A stretch of 63,987 nt of DNA, filler included, from Ionaspis alba (Eukaryota), in NCBI GenBank assembly GCA_964255285.1. It is 5 parts of 5 records of this genome, joined end to end, with 100 filler letters (N's around TTAATTAATTAA, not from the genome) between each part and the next. Parts side by side here need not be neighbours in the genome. Positions count along the whole stretch, not along the records: positions 1 to 13,089 come from CAXUUL010000478.1; positions 13,190 to 26,266 come from CAXUUL010000479.1; 3 more parts are not named here. One strand, written 5' to 3'. The notes under the pieces are model-generated. The model saw nothing but the letters and a program-made list of their open reading frames with translations. It had not been told where the DNA came from and searched no databases. A program made the position numbers and the translations under genes. Of the stretch, positions 12,130 through 25,390 are shown piece after piece (position 1 is the stretch's first letter; the number at the start of each line of letters is the position of its first letter).

Positions 12130-12598
12130 AACTAGGGTCTTGGTGAGCTTTACACTGTTCAGCATTGTTTTGGCGTATGTTTGATTGGCATTTTTGGCCC
12201 TCATCCGGTAGAGAAGTGTGATATATGCAGGTATTCTACATCGCAGGCGGTCGCTGTGATTGATTATAGTTCGATTGATAATTAGTGGTCACGAAAGGAG
12301 GCGGGCGCTGTGACTGTTTGTGCATCGAAAGTGTTAGGAGATCTGCCTGCCTGAGAACTGTGAATGAATATTGTCAAGCTCGTCTTTACTACATCTATGA
12401 ACACTCCATAGATTACTGGCCATCAGCACTACGTAGAAGTGAGAGCTCAAAGCTGATGTCCTTCGGCTGCCAGCCGAAGGAGGGCAGTTTATAGACTGCA
12501 CCAAGTCTGTATGCTGCATAAGTTTGATTAAAGACATTCCAAGTCCTGTATACTGGGCTGATTATAGAGTGCTCCGACTCTTTATGCTGATTTACCAA

Positions 12599-13089
12599 TC
12601 AATCAACATGAAATCGACCAGATGAGGCGCGCCTCGAACGATCATGAAGACCTGGAATAGCCAGGAGTTCAAGCTGATTGTTGGCGCCCTCCAGGTCACG
12701 ATCCTCAGCCTCCTGCGATACGTTCCACTCACAATTGATCGCAAGTGCTGCAACTGCTATCGGAATGCAAGCCCATTGGCTGAAGGTCTTGGGACCAGAT
12801 TGGCACCAGGGGGCGTGCTCCCAGAGATAAACCTCCATCAGAATGATGGCATACACAGCCAACATCAGGCATGCGACGATGAAGCCTAGAGCGTAACGAT
12901 CGTACCTGGAGGCGCCCGGGAAGCGTAAAACACAAAGAAAGCCGTTTGAAAATGGCTGCCACAACATCCTTGAGCCATGGGCGCGATATTGAGCCAAGGT
13001 GACGGCCCCCAGGACGAGAATGGTGAGAATGGTTGGTGGTAAGGTCACCCATCGGAGAAAAGGAAGTTCTAGCGCGGAAGCGGATACCA
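12599..13089 (-). CDS. hypothetical multi-pass membrane protein, 5' partial (cut by contig spacer)
   Basis: Frame is open from the N-run (VSASALELPFLRWVTLPPTILTILVLG...) to the stop at 12599; about 3 hydrophobic segments. Confidence 0.55.
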
Positions 13090-13189
13090 NNNNNNNNNNN
13101 NNNNNNNNNNNNNNNNNNNNNNNNNNNNNNNNNTTAATTAATTAANNNNNNNNNNNNNNNNNNNNNNNNNNNNNNNNNNNNNNNNNNNN
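13090..13189. other. artificial contig spacer N44-TTAATTAATTAA-N44
   Basis: Exactly 100 bp; the core gives stops in all six frames; identical to three other spacers. Confidence 0.97.
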
Positions 13190-14183
13190 GGCTGCAGTCA
13201 GTGTCAGAAGGATGGTTTTGTCCAGGTGGTACAACCATTCTGGGAGGGGTTGGTATCTTTGACTACGCGGCTACTCAGTCTCGAAAGTCTCAGGACTTTG
13301 GGCGCGGTCTGAAGCAACGGGATTGGAACGCGTGGTTAGATGAGAAAGCTAAAACGTGTCCTACTAGTTGGCAGATCAAACAAGGTGGCTGTAGGACCAG
13401 CGCAACAGAGCTTTGTATCGAGTGATCAGTACGGCAACCTTTCAAGAGTTTTCGAGCGTGTAAACACGTCTCATCTCATATTCACCCCTGATCGATTTAT
13501 CGGAGGCAGTCACAAACAGAGGAGTCAGAGCAGATATCTATTAATCAAACACCACACCTCTCCCTGTGCCGTTCTACTCCGTTCCCTTTTCAGCTTCAAG
13601 TTCAATTAGAATAAAACTTGGTATCTCCTACCCCACAATTCCTCCAATGCTGTACTTTTCAAGCTCTCCCCGACTCTTTCAGCAAACCGCTCCCGTCCCC
13701 TTGCGGAAGAAACCCCATCTTCTCTGAAGCCCTGAGCCATTACAAATGTAGCCCCATAAACGGCCTGAGCCAGACAATCTCCGTCAAGCTCGATAGACCC
13801 ATCCACCTTTCCACCCCATCCTCTCATCTCCACAAAGCGGCTTTCATCCCCCGAAGTAAAGCTCCCGGACCAAGAGAGCCAGAAACGAAGGAGACCCCCA
13901 GCCAGTCAAACAAAGGAAACCAAGCCTCGAGCCAACAGAAGGTCCATATAGAACGAACTCCACCAGCCACCCCTCGCCAAGAATCGCCTAAAAATGCTCG
14001 AATTCCACAACTCGAAGAGCTAAGTTTCGTCTCAAATCCATACACAGAGAATCGAAATGAATACCCGCTCAAAAATGTCACTCTTCCCTGCTATTTTTCA
14101 ACCCAATCTCCCCTGCCATTATCCAAGAGCGCTCAACCGTCCTCTAGTCTCCATCCACTTCCCCATCGTGCCTTGACACCAAA

Positions 14184-17100
14184 TTATCCACCATCTCCAC
14201 CCCTCGCCCTGCCTCTTCTCCGGAAGAAATCCATCACTCTCTTCGCCGCCCCCGAACTGCCCGCATGTCTTCCCTCGCCCTCGCCCTCATAAGCATCCGC
14301 GAACTTCCGGTTCGGTTTCTGCAAGACTCCCGGGCCACGGCCGGTCGCCGGCCGCGATTGCTGCATCGAGGGTCTCGGTTCTTCGTCATAGCTATTGAAG
14401 CCTGGCGGATAACGCGGCCGCTGCGGCTGTTGCTGAGACGGCTGGGCGGGGCGGGATAAGGAAATGTCAGAGTCTGTAGGTGGGGTGGGGTCGTTGAAGT
14501 AGGATTGCTGTTGTGGACGGGACGAGTATGCCGGCTGCTGAGTAGTGGCGTAGGTGGGGGAGGCGTATTGGTTTTCTCGATGGGACTGGTGCGGCGCGGA
14601 GGCATTACGGTAACGATCTCGCTCTCTGGAGCCGTCATACGTGGGAATACTCTCCTCACTGTTATCGCGACTAGAGCCGCGGTTGTGGTGGGGTTGGTTC
14701 ATTGATTGTTTCCGCCGAGACATTGGCCGAGAGCCATCGGACGCTTGCGCGTTGCCGCTTCCGGTCATGTTCTTGAACGAGAATGAGGCAGGGAGAAGAG
14801 AGAAGCGCCTGGCTTTGTTGTCCTGACGGCCGAGATCGCTGTTTTGCCGATCGAGATCGCTCTTCTTACGGCCAAAGCTGAATGAAGGACGGCGCGAGTC
14901 AGTCGACTGGCGGGGGCTGTTATCTGAGACTATAGGACCCTTCATACTGGTGGGTGGGTATCTTTTGTCGGGTTGAGGTCGGACCTCCTCACTAGGTGAC
15001 TGAGGTTGAGGTTTGCCACCGAAGAAAGACCCCGATCTTCCAAAGACATTACTGAACGTGTTAGAACGCTTGTGAGTCTTCGTTTCTTCCCGAGGAGGAG
15101 GCATCTGGCTATGTCTGGAAGGCAGCCTTTGTGTGCTCGGACGGCCGATTGATGGATCTGATATGTATGGTTCTGGCTGGGGTATAGGGGCAGAGATGTT
15201 GTATTGGCGGGAATTTTTCGGTTGAGCAAGCTTCCCTTGGGCATTGGTAACGGCTACTGTCGGTGCAAGCGGTTGACTGTACGAATTACCTCTCGAGGGT
15301 AGTCGTCCGGCACTGTTGGACGCTATGGAGCCGCCTGTGGTAGGTCTTGCCCCCGAAGGAGAAGGTATCTGACCAAATGCCGCGGAGGAATCTGAGACAG
15401 ACCGAGGTGGTTCTCTCGCCGGACGCGCAGGCGGGAGCATGGCAGGTTCTGAAGTGATCGGACGTTGCGAAGTCCTACCAGAAGTTGATGCTTGCTGATA
15501 AGCTTGGCTCAGTTCTTGAGAGACAGGCGGGTCCACAGGGAGCGGCTTTCTTGCTGACATAGCTGCGCTCACTTTGCGAGAAGCATCAGTAGCACCCTGA
15601 CTGCCAGACCTAGCTCGTGTGCTGGCTTTAGGCACAGGAGGAGATTCGAGATCCATGGTTTGTTGGCGGAGCGGAGGTGATAGTTCTCCTCTCATTGTCT
15701 GTGACTGAGGCTCAACATACTCAAGCTGAACGGTTCTTCTCTTGGGCTCGCGTGGTGATTTTGCCTTATCCGTCTGGTCCAAATCGATCTTGCCCTGGTG
15801 ACCAAGACCACCGACGGGAGACATGTTCGAGACATGTGGTTTGCTAGGCTCTCTGACGGATGCGCTCCGAGCCAGTAAAGGAGCATCGAGGTGATCTGCA
15901 ATTTAAGTTAGGAAAAGATTTACAGCAAATTTTAGATATAGACGGCTCAGGACGAATCGTACCTGAGGTGACTGTAGTATTCGCAATCTCCCCAATGGTA
16001 GTAGTACTACTTGTGACGTGTGAAACTACATGAGCATAATCACTCAGCCAGCTGTGCCGAGCGACTTCGAAGAGATCAGCTCTCTGCCGTGGGTCGGGTA
16101 CTAGAATCCGCCGAAGTAGGTCCCGGGCATGTGGTGTGACATATTCCGGGAACGTCAACGGAGTAGAGACAATGTATTTGTACAAAAGATTGATGTTGTC
16201 ACCCTCGGGATTTGCTGGATCGTCGTCAAAGGGTAAGTATCCGGCAAGCATGGCATACTGCATGATCGTGTTAGTCTTCCTCAATCAGGGATTGCGACAC
16301 ACTGCTTACCAGTATAACACCGCAGCTCCAGACATCGACTTTCCGTCCGGTGTAAAGAGAATCAGTAACAACAAGCTCGGGAGCTGCATAACATGGACTC
16401 CCACAACTCGTTTGCATGAGATCTCCTCTCCTGAAGCCATCCTGCATCTTTTCAAGACCCATATTCTTCACGAAATCCTTGTCCCCAAGACCTTTTTCAA
16501 TTTCCTCCCCTAGTTCGTCTCGTGGATTGAAAGTGTTTGCAAAACCAAAGTCCGTGATGATGATGTTGCGATTTCGATCCAGGAGAAGATTCTCTAATTT
16601 CAAATCTCGGTGTACAATGCCCTTTTTGTGAAGATAACCAACGCCCGAGACCAGCTGAGCGAACAATCTCCTGGCTGCATTGTCTTTGAGATAGCGATGT
16701 GTCAAAATATAGTCGAATAATTCTCCTCCAGAAGCATACTCCAGAATGATGCCAATGTGTCTTTCGGTCTCCACCATCTCGTGAAGCCTGACAATGTTCG
16801 GATGTGATAGTTGGCTCAGAATCTTGATCTCCCGATAGATCTTGGGTAGACGGCTGGGGTTCGTATTCAGATTCTCTCGTCTGATCAGTTTGATGGCAAC
16901 CTGAACGCTCCCATCCTTCTTCCAGCCAAGCTTCACTTTCCCGAATTCGCCCTCGCCTAACGTTTGTCCGAGCACGTACTCGCCGAATTTTGTCTCTTTC
17001 CGTCGAGCGGCACTCGAGGAATAGTCTTGTCGACTTTGTCTCGTACCACCTCTCCCCCCTTCATCAACACCTTCGCTACCAACGAGTCCAAGCGCGGTCG

Positions 17101-17989
17101 GAGTAGAAACGCTGGGACTGGAAGGAGCAGGAATTGCCTCCGCCAGTCTCTCCTTTTCTCGTGCAACATCGACAGAAGGGTCAGTCACAACAACACGGTT
17201 GATCACCTCGCTTGGTTCCCGAGAGAGCTTGGTTGGTTGCGCTGCTGAAGTCTGAACATTTGCAGCCGATCTGCTCTGTATTGTTGCGGGCGACTGCTGC
17301 GCCCTGGTATCCCTGGTGCTCGCAGACCTCTGCGGACCCTCAGATGGCACAGGTCCTCTCCGTCTAGCACGAGCCGCTGCGGCCGCAGTGGTTGTTGAGT
17401 CATCAGTAACACGGCTTTGGTCTGGCCATCGAGCATCGTCCTCGATATATATCCGCTGCCCCTGTTCTCGGGGACTCCTTTGCTCATTGAAAGTTCTATC
17501 CTGCTGGGATACCGGAGCTGTTCTATCCACTAGCTGGACCGTAGGGGCGGCAGTGACGGATGTGCCTCTCTGGTTCGAAGATGTCCGGGGGGGCGGCGCA
17601 AATGGAGGGCCCGAGACTTGGTCCGGCTCATTTCGGTGTTCCCTTCGACCTGCTTGATGTGGTGAGGAAGTGGTCGGCACAGCAGTAGTAGGAGATGTAT
17701 AGGGTGCTTGAGACATCTGTGGAGCTCGAGCGGTAGATGTACTCGACGGTTGCGATGCGGAGGGTGATCGATACTGTTGCGGCGTACTCGGATTACTGAG
17801 CTGGGATGTAGCTCCACCTTGCTGTCTGGAAGAGCGTCTCGCCGATTGAGGTGAAGTCGACGACCTGTACGAGTCCTCTAGATGGGGTGATTGTTGACTG
17901 TAATATCGTCGGGAGGATGGCGCATCCACGGCGTAGGCGTCTGGCGGAATCGATGATTGCACTGGTTGTGGTGATGCGTGAAGGGCCAT
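14184..17989 (-). CDS. KIN4: Kin4/KfsA/Ppk1-family Ser/Thr protein kinase; exons 17989-16310, 16257-15963, 15895-14184
   Basis: Kinase motifs LGEGEFGKV, VAIK, HRDLKLEN, DFG, CGSPCYAAPE, DVWSCGVIL; family-typical LPFDDDPANPEGDNINLLYKYI and C-terminal AKRVMDFFRRR; two canonical introns. Confidence 0.9.
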
Positions 17990-20107
17990 CACGTAGTCTC
18001 CACCTCTTTTCTTGACGCGGAGCTTGGATGCCCGTCACGTTCACGGAGCTGGCACGTGTATAGGTCGTCGTCCCAATCCTTGTCGCCTTGATGGGCAGAA
18101 ACCCGTATGATCTGATTCCACTAAATTATGAAACGCCCACGGCTAAGCAAATCGACTCTTCTGATCAGTGTCGATAGCGATGAAACGTGACGGGAAAGCT
18201 TCCGAGCTCTAATCGGGATGCGCGAACTTTGCCGTTGGCTTGAGATTCGACAACCAATACTCCTCGGGATTCCAGTCCGCAAATTGGGCGGTCAGCACTT
18301 ATGTCAACGTCGATTGTGTCAAGAAATTATGCTCGTGTCGGAAAGATGAGTCGAAGTCTGCTGGAACTGTTCGGTGATGGACAATTAGAGGAATCGAGGT
18401 AGAAGCTGCGCAACGGCAGGAAAGTCGACGCGAAGTAAGAATGCTATCCTGTCCAGAGCGTGATCGGAGCTGAAAGGAGTGATCGAGCTCCCAATCACGG
18501 AGCTGAAAGGATGGAATTGAAAGCCTCGGAAGGGTTGGTAGCGTTACAGCAATGGACAACAATGCCGATCGACTCCCATTGTTGTTGACAGAGCTACCAC
18601 GTGGGGAAGGCAGGCCAGGGGAGCAGGAAGAAAACCAACGGCAGGCAGGCAGCCTGGCCTGCTGTGGGAGAGGGAGAAGTAGGAGAAGGAGAAGAAGAGA
18701 AGGAGTGACGTGGAAGAAAGAGCAACGTAGGGCGCCGGTGGAGAATGGGAGGAGGAGAATTGGACGACTCAGAGATGGAGGTTTCGAGGATTCATCGTGT
18801 CTAGGATTATCCTACAGGAAAGAGGTCTGGCTGGAGTTGGCAGGCGAGACGAGTCAAGTGGAATCATGACTTGGGGGCAGCGTTGTCCGCAATCTCGTTG
18901 CTGGCAGGGAAGGCGCGTCTGGGGCGGGCCAGCTGGGGGGAGGTTGGGTTTGAGTGGCCGTTGACTAGGAATAGGATCAATTAGAGCCGAAGAACGAGAG
19001 AATAAGGGGGCCGTTAGATCTGTCCAATCTTAGGGTCACAATCCTAAAACAGTACAGTAGTAGCAAAGTCGTAGTATTATTATACTACTCTAACAGTTGC
19101 TGCGATCACATGTCGACGATCAACGGTCCATGTTGATAGACTACATACAACAATGATAAAACCAAAAAGGCTCTCGTCTACATCAATTTGATCCTTTCGA
19201 TATCGTCTGGGAAATGAATCGTGCGATATCTGCAATGTACGAAAAGCAGATCATCAGTCAATCCGTGTCACTGCAGTTACCATTGGACAATTGCTTGTAT
19301 GCAAGCAAGCATGGTCCTAATGAGGAGCATCATCAGCATCAGTCTCCTCTTCTTTCTCCTGCTCCCATCATGGTCCAGCTGGCCAAAACCCTCCTTCCTG
19401 GCTGTGAATATCTCCGAGCTCAATTTCTATTCAAATATCAAATTTATCCCATTGATGCGCTTGCACCTTATCGTCTTCCTCATCTCCGGTGGCTGCAGAT
19501 GCGATGGGCAACTCTGCTGAGTGATCATCTAGGCTTCTTATTTTTTCTGCATCAAAGTTCCAAAAAGCAACGTGACGCGAAAGTGATCACCTATGTTGTG
19601 GCTCGATATCCTGCTTCTTCCACCCCTCCATATCGCCTCTTTGCATGTGTTGTCAAACTCCTCCCCTTCACCCAATCAGCACTCGAAGATGGTGCGACAA
19701 GGATGTCATGTTCACCGGGTTCAAGCAAGATAATCCTGAGCAGTTGCGCAACCGTTACACTTGAATGCACTCTCCCGGCCCCCGTCCAGTCAACCGTTCC
19801 CACAATCACCGGTTTCAAGTTATCGCACGAGGGATCGGAGCTTTGCATGACGTGTGTCGCGCGTGGTAGTACAATCTGACATGGGATGAGAGGTTTGTGA
19901 AAGCATCACTTTTTAGACGCTGGAACGCAATCTTCGTTTCAGCTTTGAGCTTTTCAGGCATACAGTATTGGCTATTGTGCTCCTCTGCATACAAGAACAT
20001 GGTTCCATCCTCAAACTCGCCAAGTTTCCATACAGCCGTGAACGGTTGCTCAAACATGACATGAAAAAAATTGATCTATCCACACTTCCCAGAAGCTTCC
20101 AACCTCA

Positions 20108-21742
20108 TCATTGTTTCCCATATGCCTCCTTACTCGATCCAAAGTGCTCTCCTTCTGCTCCAGTGTAGGATGGTGGTGCGGCATTGCCAAACCCGACCTC
20201 ACCATATTCCGGTCCTGACACTCCAGGTTTTTCGTTTGCCGGCCGATCCTGGATTGCATAACCTCCTTTGCCGTCGTGCTGCTGCTGCTGCCGCCGTGCC
20301 ATTTCTGGAGTAATCTCTCCTCCGTCACCACCACCAACCACCAGTTGTCCTCCTCCGGGTACCTTCCCGACCACCATTCCCTTGGCTACCGACTTGATCA
20401 CGGCTTTGCGCGAGACACCAGCCGCGTCAACATAGACGAGGCCAACATTCTTGACACCTCCAGCAAGATTCGCTGCCAGCTGGCCTGCATCTGGGCCATA
20501 CTTGTGCGCAACGACTGTGGAAGCTGCGGACGAACTTGATTGCAGCAGTTGCCTGGTCCCGTACTCGATTCCGTCTGCAACAGTTGAGAAGGCTATCATC
20601 GACTTATTGAGTAGACCAGGCTTGTAGTCGTCCACTGGTCGGCCATCTTTATCGTACCCCTTAGCACCCTTTTGCTTCTGCTCACCGCGACGTGTCAGGC
20701 TTGCTCCGATGTTCTGCGCGACTCGACCGACTTGGCCAACAGTGGCTGCTGATAGGCCGACTGCGCCTTTGGTAAGGCTATTCAATTTTCGAACTCTTTC
20801 CTGAGTTGTGGGCCCAAAAGTCATTGGTTTGGGGTTTGGCTTTGTCTTTTGAGTAAAAGAAGTCGCTCCCGAATCAATAGCGTTGGTCAAATAACCTGCA
20901 CCAGTGACAATAAGTCGTGATGCTGTAGCAGCATTTTGAACAATGGTCGAATTCTTATACGCAGGATGTCGTGACAATTTGAGATACTCCTCCGAGACGT
21001 TGTTGACTCTGATCTGATTTCCTTGACCGTCTTGTGGCAATTGGATCTCGACAGGATCTGTCAAGACATTAACTGGTGCTCAAAACTCATGATTATTATG
21101 CATCTTACTCTTTGAGCCATGCTTAATGTCAGAACCTTCCACAACATCGAAGCCTTCACTCAGCTCTCCCACCACACTTCCATCCTCCTCATCGACCAAG
21201 ACGATATGGCCAGAGTCATTCTTGCCGGAATCGCGACCAATGTAGCCTTCTCCAGGACCATAGTCCTTGGGATTATACTCCTTCAGCCCACCTTTCCCAG
21301 AAGGTGGATGCGCTCTCTCCAAGAAAGCCGTGCACTGCGCAAGGATTGTTTCGAACGTGTCAATGTCCTCTTGTGTGACCTTATCTGGTCCAGAGCCAAT
21401 CTTGGGGAATTCGATTCTTGTGAACGCTCCAGAATCGGGTCCCAAATCCCATCTTGGTATTAGATAGCTGCGAGGCGGCTGGTGATAGATCTGAGTTGTC
21501 GCCGGAAGGGAGAGATCGAGCTCTGGAGGGAGATGTAGATGGAGGTAGAAGTCTTCTTCTGGTGCTGCTTGGGGATCTCCTGGCTGCTGGTCTGCGAATG
21601 GTGACGAGGTCGGCACCATCAGCAACGACAGTGTCTGTGGGCCCGAAGGTGTGAGCGATGACTCATGCCCATCCTGAAGATGGTAGGCGTTGATGTTGCC
21701 GATACTGTACAGCAATCTAGCGTCATGTTGGCCGGTGGACAT
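20108..21742 (-). CDS. spartin/senescence-associated domain protein; exons 21742-21109, 21057-20108
   Basis: Two ORFs joined by a 51-nt GTAAGA...CAG intron. C-terminal Ala/Gly-rich amphipathic region (LLNKSMIAFSTVADGIE...VVAHKYGPDAG...VGLVYVDAAGVSRKAVIK) is typical of the senescence domain. Confidence 0.82.
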
Positions 21743-22485
21743 TGTGGGCGGTTATTTATGGAGAGGCAAGGTAGGACGATGAAAGGCCAATGCTCCAAGC
21801 TCTCTTTAACAATTCAAACCCTCGACTATGGGAAGCCTGGGTGATTGTGCATTGGGTATGAGACAGAAAATAATGTAATGGAGAGCAAAGGTATTAAGAT
21901 AGGATGAGAGATGAACAATTCAAGGCAGGTAGTTAGCAAGCGCCGTCATGTCTTTCTTGAAGCAAATGCCAAGATGCGCCCCTCCATTGGGCAGCACAGT
22001 GACGCGGTGTGGCGTTCTTTGAGAGTGGCTGTGCGTGTCGAAGGAAAGGACGCGTCGTCTCCAGCTGGACGAGGGTGTCAGTATGAATCGTCACTGTGTC
22101 GCAACGATTTAGTATCAAGTCTGGTCTCATCTACAAAAGAAGTATCCCGTTGGTCTGATAGCTATTGCTAAACATTTCCGGTTATTATCACTTGGTCGCC
22201 AAGTAATTCGACAAAGCAGGGGGGGAAAATTATGTCTCAGACACTTGAGAGATCTGTTTGGTTTGATGCCGAAAGAATATTGTTGATTTGACCAAATGTA
22301 CACTAATTAACCAGCAACTTACACACACATTGTACGTTACCCTGCCCTTCAGGTTAGTGCGAGATTACATACTATTTCCTTACCTTCCTCAAACTGTTCC
22401 GTCCACGCTGTCCCAACCTCGCTCTCCTACCAGCGACTCAAGGTCCTGGACGAGTAGGCTAAGCCGGGCTCAGGGTGAGAGCTTT

Positions 22486-22725
22486 TCACCTACGCTGCTG
22501 CCTCCTCTGTATAAACTGCGGGACGTGGATGACGTGGGAGGATGATGAGCGAGAAGAGGTTTTGGAGCATGGGACGGCTGTCTCGTACGCGCTGTGTGCT
22601 GGGCATCTGGAGTCTGCCTGGTCCTTGGTGACGCGAATCGAGAGGCACTTTTCTGCCTCGGGACATGGGATCTGAGTCTCGTTCAGACATCCACAGCGCC
22701 AAAATGTGCGTGCAAGTCTACACAT
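22486..22725 (-). CDS. small Cys-rich hypothetical protein (79 aa, MC-x9-CGC...C-x5-C...CP); 3' end may be spliced
   Basis: ATG start with TATAAAA ~150 bp upstream on the same strand; Cys spacing resembles small MC...CGH/CGC proteins of ascomycetes; downstream GTAAGG..CTAAC..CAG intron-like signal. Confidence 0.5.
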   Translation of the reverse strand: MCRLARTFWRCGCLNETQIPCPEAEKCLSIRVTKDQADSRCPAHSAYETAVPCSKTSSRSSSSHVIHVPQFIQRRQQRR

Positions 22726-23103
22726 CCTCTTAAGGGGCTAAGCTTGTGGTGGTGGTGAGTTGGAAAAGGTATCGAATGGGCTGGGCCTTGCTTGGTTAGG
22801 TTAGACTATTAGTACACTGGTCAATCGGTGGGGACTGTTGAGAGTCGAATGGCTGAAGTTGAGAAAACTTTTATAGATCCATAGGCATTGTTAATGAACA
22901 AACCCTTTCTTGGATCTGAAGAGAAACAGTAGCAAGAAAACAATAGAACAATTGCTCTTTGTGAGCCCTAGAAGGCGAATGTTTAGAGGCAATAAAAACA
23001 AAGCGCTTTCTCCACGCCATGCTCTGGGAAATTTGAGTTATGGTGGTTATGGTAAACTTTCCCTTTTTGGTGTGTGGCGTGGGGGACGATGTTCGCGATC
23101 AAA

Positions 23104-23467
23104 CCGAGGACAGCACAAATCGTTCAAGGTAGACTTAAGGGACCAATATACGTTCGCAGGTAGAAGCCAATTGGAGATACTTGTCAACTTATCTTCGCTA
23201 CAGTCTTGAATGCTGTCCAATCCTCATGAACATGTCGAGGATCCTGGTAGAGCTTGTCCGGCACATAGACGTGACGACACATGCAAAATGCAAGCCAGTA
23301 CCATATGCGGATACTTCAACTCGAAATCTAGGAGGATCGATTCGTTTGTATTCAGGAGAAGGAGACCGTTCTCGAATCAGAACTAGAACACCCTAGCGGC
23401 CGAGGATGGGCTGCATGAACGGGGGTTGCCGAAGCCAGATCGATCCTCGCTTGTGAAAGTCCCGAGG
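23104..23467 (+). promoter_or_regulatory. three CCGAGG (FarA/FarB/Ctf1-type fatty-acid response) motifs at 23104-23109, 23400-23405, 23462-23467
   Basis: Exact motif three times within 480 bp upstream of an acyl-CoA dehydrogenase. Confidence 0.6.
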
Positions 23468-23579
23468 CCCGTCAGATTCCCCAGTTTGAGCCTCGCACGC
23501 CTCTCTGTTTTGCGGTCTCGGTCACTACTCCCTCGAATCTACAATTCTGTCTCTTCAATATTTTGAGCAATCATTATCC

Positions 23580-25024
23580 ATGATGGCTTCACTCTCTAAA
23601 GCATATGGACTACTGGCTTGTAATTCTAGAGCCGCACTCCCCCGGTTCCATCGATTCCAAGCATCCGGTAGAACACGGTAAGTAGACTTCACCGTTCCTC
23701 CTAGTGATTTTGCCGCAAGTTACACTAATGTTGATCATCAAGTATACGCCCACTGTCATCGACAAGCTATCGACGACAAGCCGACGTCCTCGACATCTCC
23801 TCAATTCCTCCTACCCCAATCTCCCATATGTCCGAAACAGAGAGTCTCATGGCCGAATCTGTGTCCAAGTTCGCTCAGGAGGTCATGTTGCCCAAGGTTC
23901 GGGAGATGGATGAAGCGGAGAAGATGGATCCAGGACTAGTGGAACAGCTTTTTGAGCAAGGTCTCATGGGCATTGAAATACCGGAAGAGTACGGCGGGGC
24001 GGGCATGAATTTTACAGCCGCTATTGTCGGCATAGAAGAGTTGGCAAGAGTCGATCCGAGTGTCAGTGTACTGGTAGACGTACACAATACCTTGGTTAAC
24101 ACAGCTATACTTAAGTATGGCACCGCGGAGTCGAAGCGGAAGTGGCTTCCCCGGTTGGCCACCGACACAGTTGGATCATTTTGTTTATCAGAACCAGCGT
24201 CCGGCTCTGACGCTTTTGCATTACGAACTAAAGCTGAGAAAACAGCATCAGGCTACAAAATCAATGGATCGAAGATGTGGATCACCAACTCCGTGGAAGC
24301 TAATTTCTTTGTTGTCTTCGCCAATCTCGATCAGAGTAAGGGCTACAAAGGAATTACGGCATTTATTGTCGAGAAAGACACCAAGGGTTTCTCGATAGCC
24401 AAGAAAGAAAAGAAACTCGGTATTCGAGCCAGCAGTACCTGCGTTATCAATTTCGACGATGTTGAGATACCGAAAGATCATTTGCTCGGCGAAGAAGGAC
24501 AAGGCTACAAATACGCCATTGGACTCCTCAACGAGGGCAGAATCGGCATCGCCGCGCAGATGACCGGTCTTGCTCTCGGCGCTTGGGAGAATGCTGCTCG
24601 GTATGTCTATCAAATGTCTTCTTCTTTTCACGTAGATTGACTACTGACATTACAAAGCTATGTCTGGAATGATCGTAAACAATTCGGTAAATTAGTCGGC
24701 GACTTCCAAGGTATGCAGCACCAGCTAGCCCAAGCTTATACCGAGATCGCGGCTGCCCGAGCACTCGTTTACAATGCCGCCCGTAAAAAGGAGGCGGGTG
24801 AGGACTTTGTTCGTGATGCTGCAATGGCCAAGCTATTCTCCTCGCAGGTTGCTGGTCGGGTGAGTGGATCAGCCATCGAATGGATGGGAGGTATGGGATT
24901 CGTTAGAGAAGGTATTGCAGAAAAGATGTGGAGGGATAGTAAGATCGGCGCGATTTATGAGGGGACTAGTAATATACAGCTGCAGACCATTGCTAAGCTT
25001 CTGCAGAAGGAGTATACCGCTTGA
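23580..25024 (+). CDS. mitochondrial short/branched-chain acyl-CoA dehydrogenase (ACADSB/ScdA-like); exons 23580-23677, 23743-24600, 24658-25024
   Basis: FCLSEPASGSDA, INGSKMWITNS, KLGIRASST, LLNEGRIGIAAQ, RKQFG, KIGAIYEGTSNIQ; Arg/Ser-rich presequence in exon 1. Confidence 0.93.
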
Positions 25025-25390
25025 ACAGAATCACTTAGAATATACTCGCTGGTCTTTTCTTCTGTTGGAGTGATGATCTCACTGCTACGGTTACAGCCTG
25101 GGTCTACAATCCAGTCAGAGTATTCGGCGAATGAGCAATGAATACCCAGGGATGGAAGCCCAGGTCAGAACTGCGGCGGGGCTGATCAATATGAGACCCC
25201 CGTTGGATTCAAGAACTATCTGGATTAATTTAATGATCGGAGACTGCTGTCATGCGTCTTTCGAGAATTCTGGGCCACCAAGCCTCTCACGTCTATCGTG
25301 TAAGCTGCTGAGTCAATACAGAGAGCAATCTCCATACTATATACAATCACATTGACGAGTGCTGAAAGTTGAAGATCTATCTTCAGATGT

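Noticed and set aside
8685..12204. Numerous 60-180 aa antisense and alternate-frame ORFs inside HRQ1 (and likewise inside other long genes)
   Set aside because: Shadow ORFs expected from coding-strand codon bias
13134..13145. TTAATTAATTAA palindrome recurring every ~13 kb as a biological repeat or element end
   Set aside because: Always centred in exactly 44+44 Ns; it is a six-frame stop spacer added during assembly
13618..14292. 224-aa + strand ORF
   Set aside because: Non-ATG start, low-complexity, antisense to the KIN4 3' end and UTR
19214..19879. 221-aa + strand ORF and opposing short minus-strand ORFs
   Set aside because: No recognisable motif or splice structure; cannot be distinguished from chance or a decayed relic
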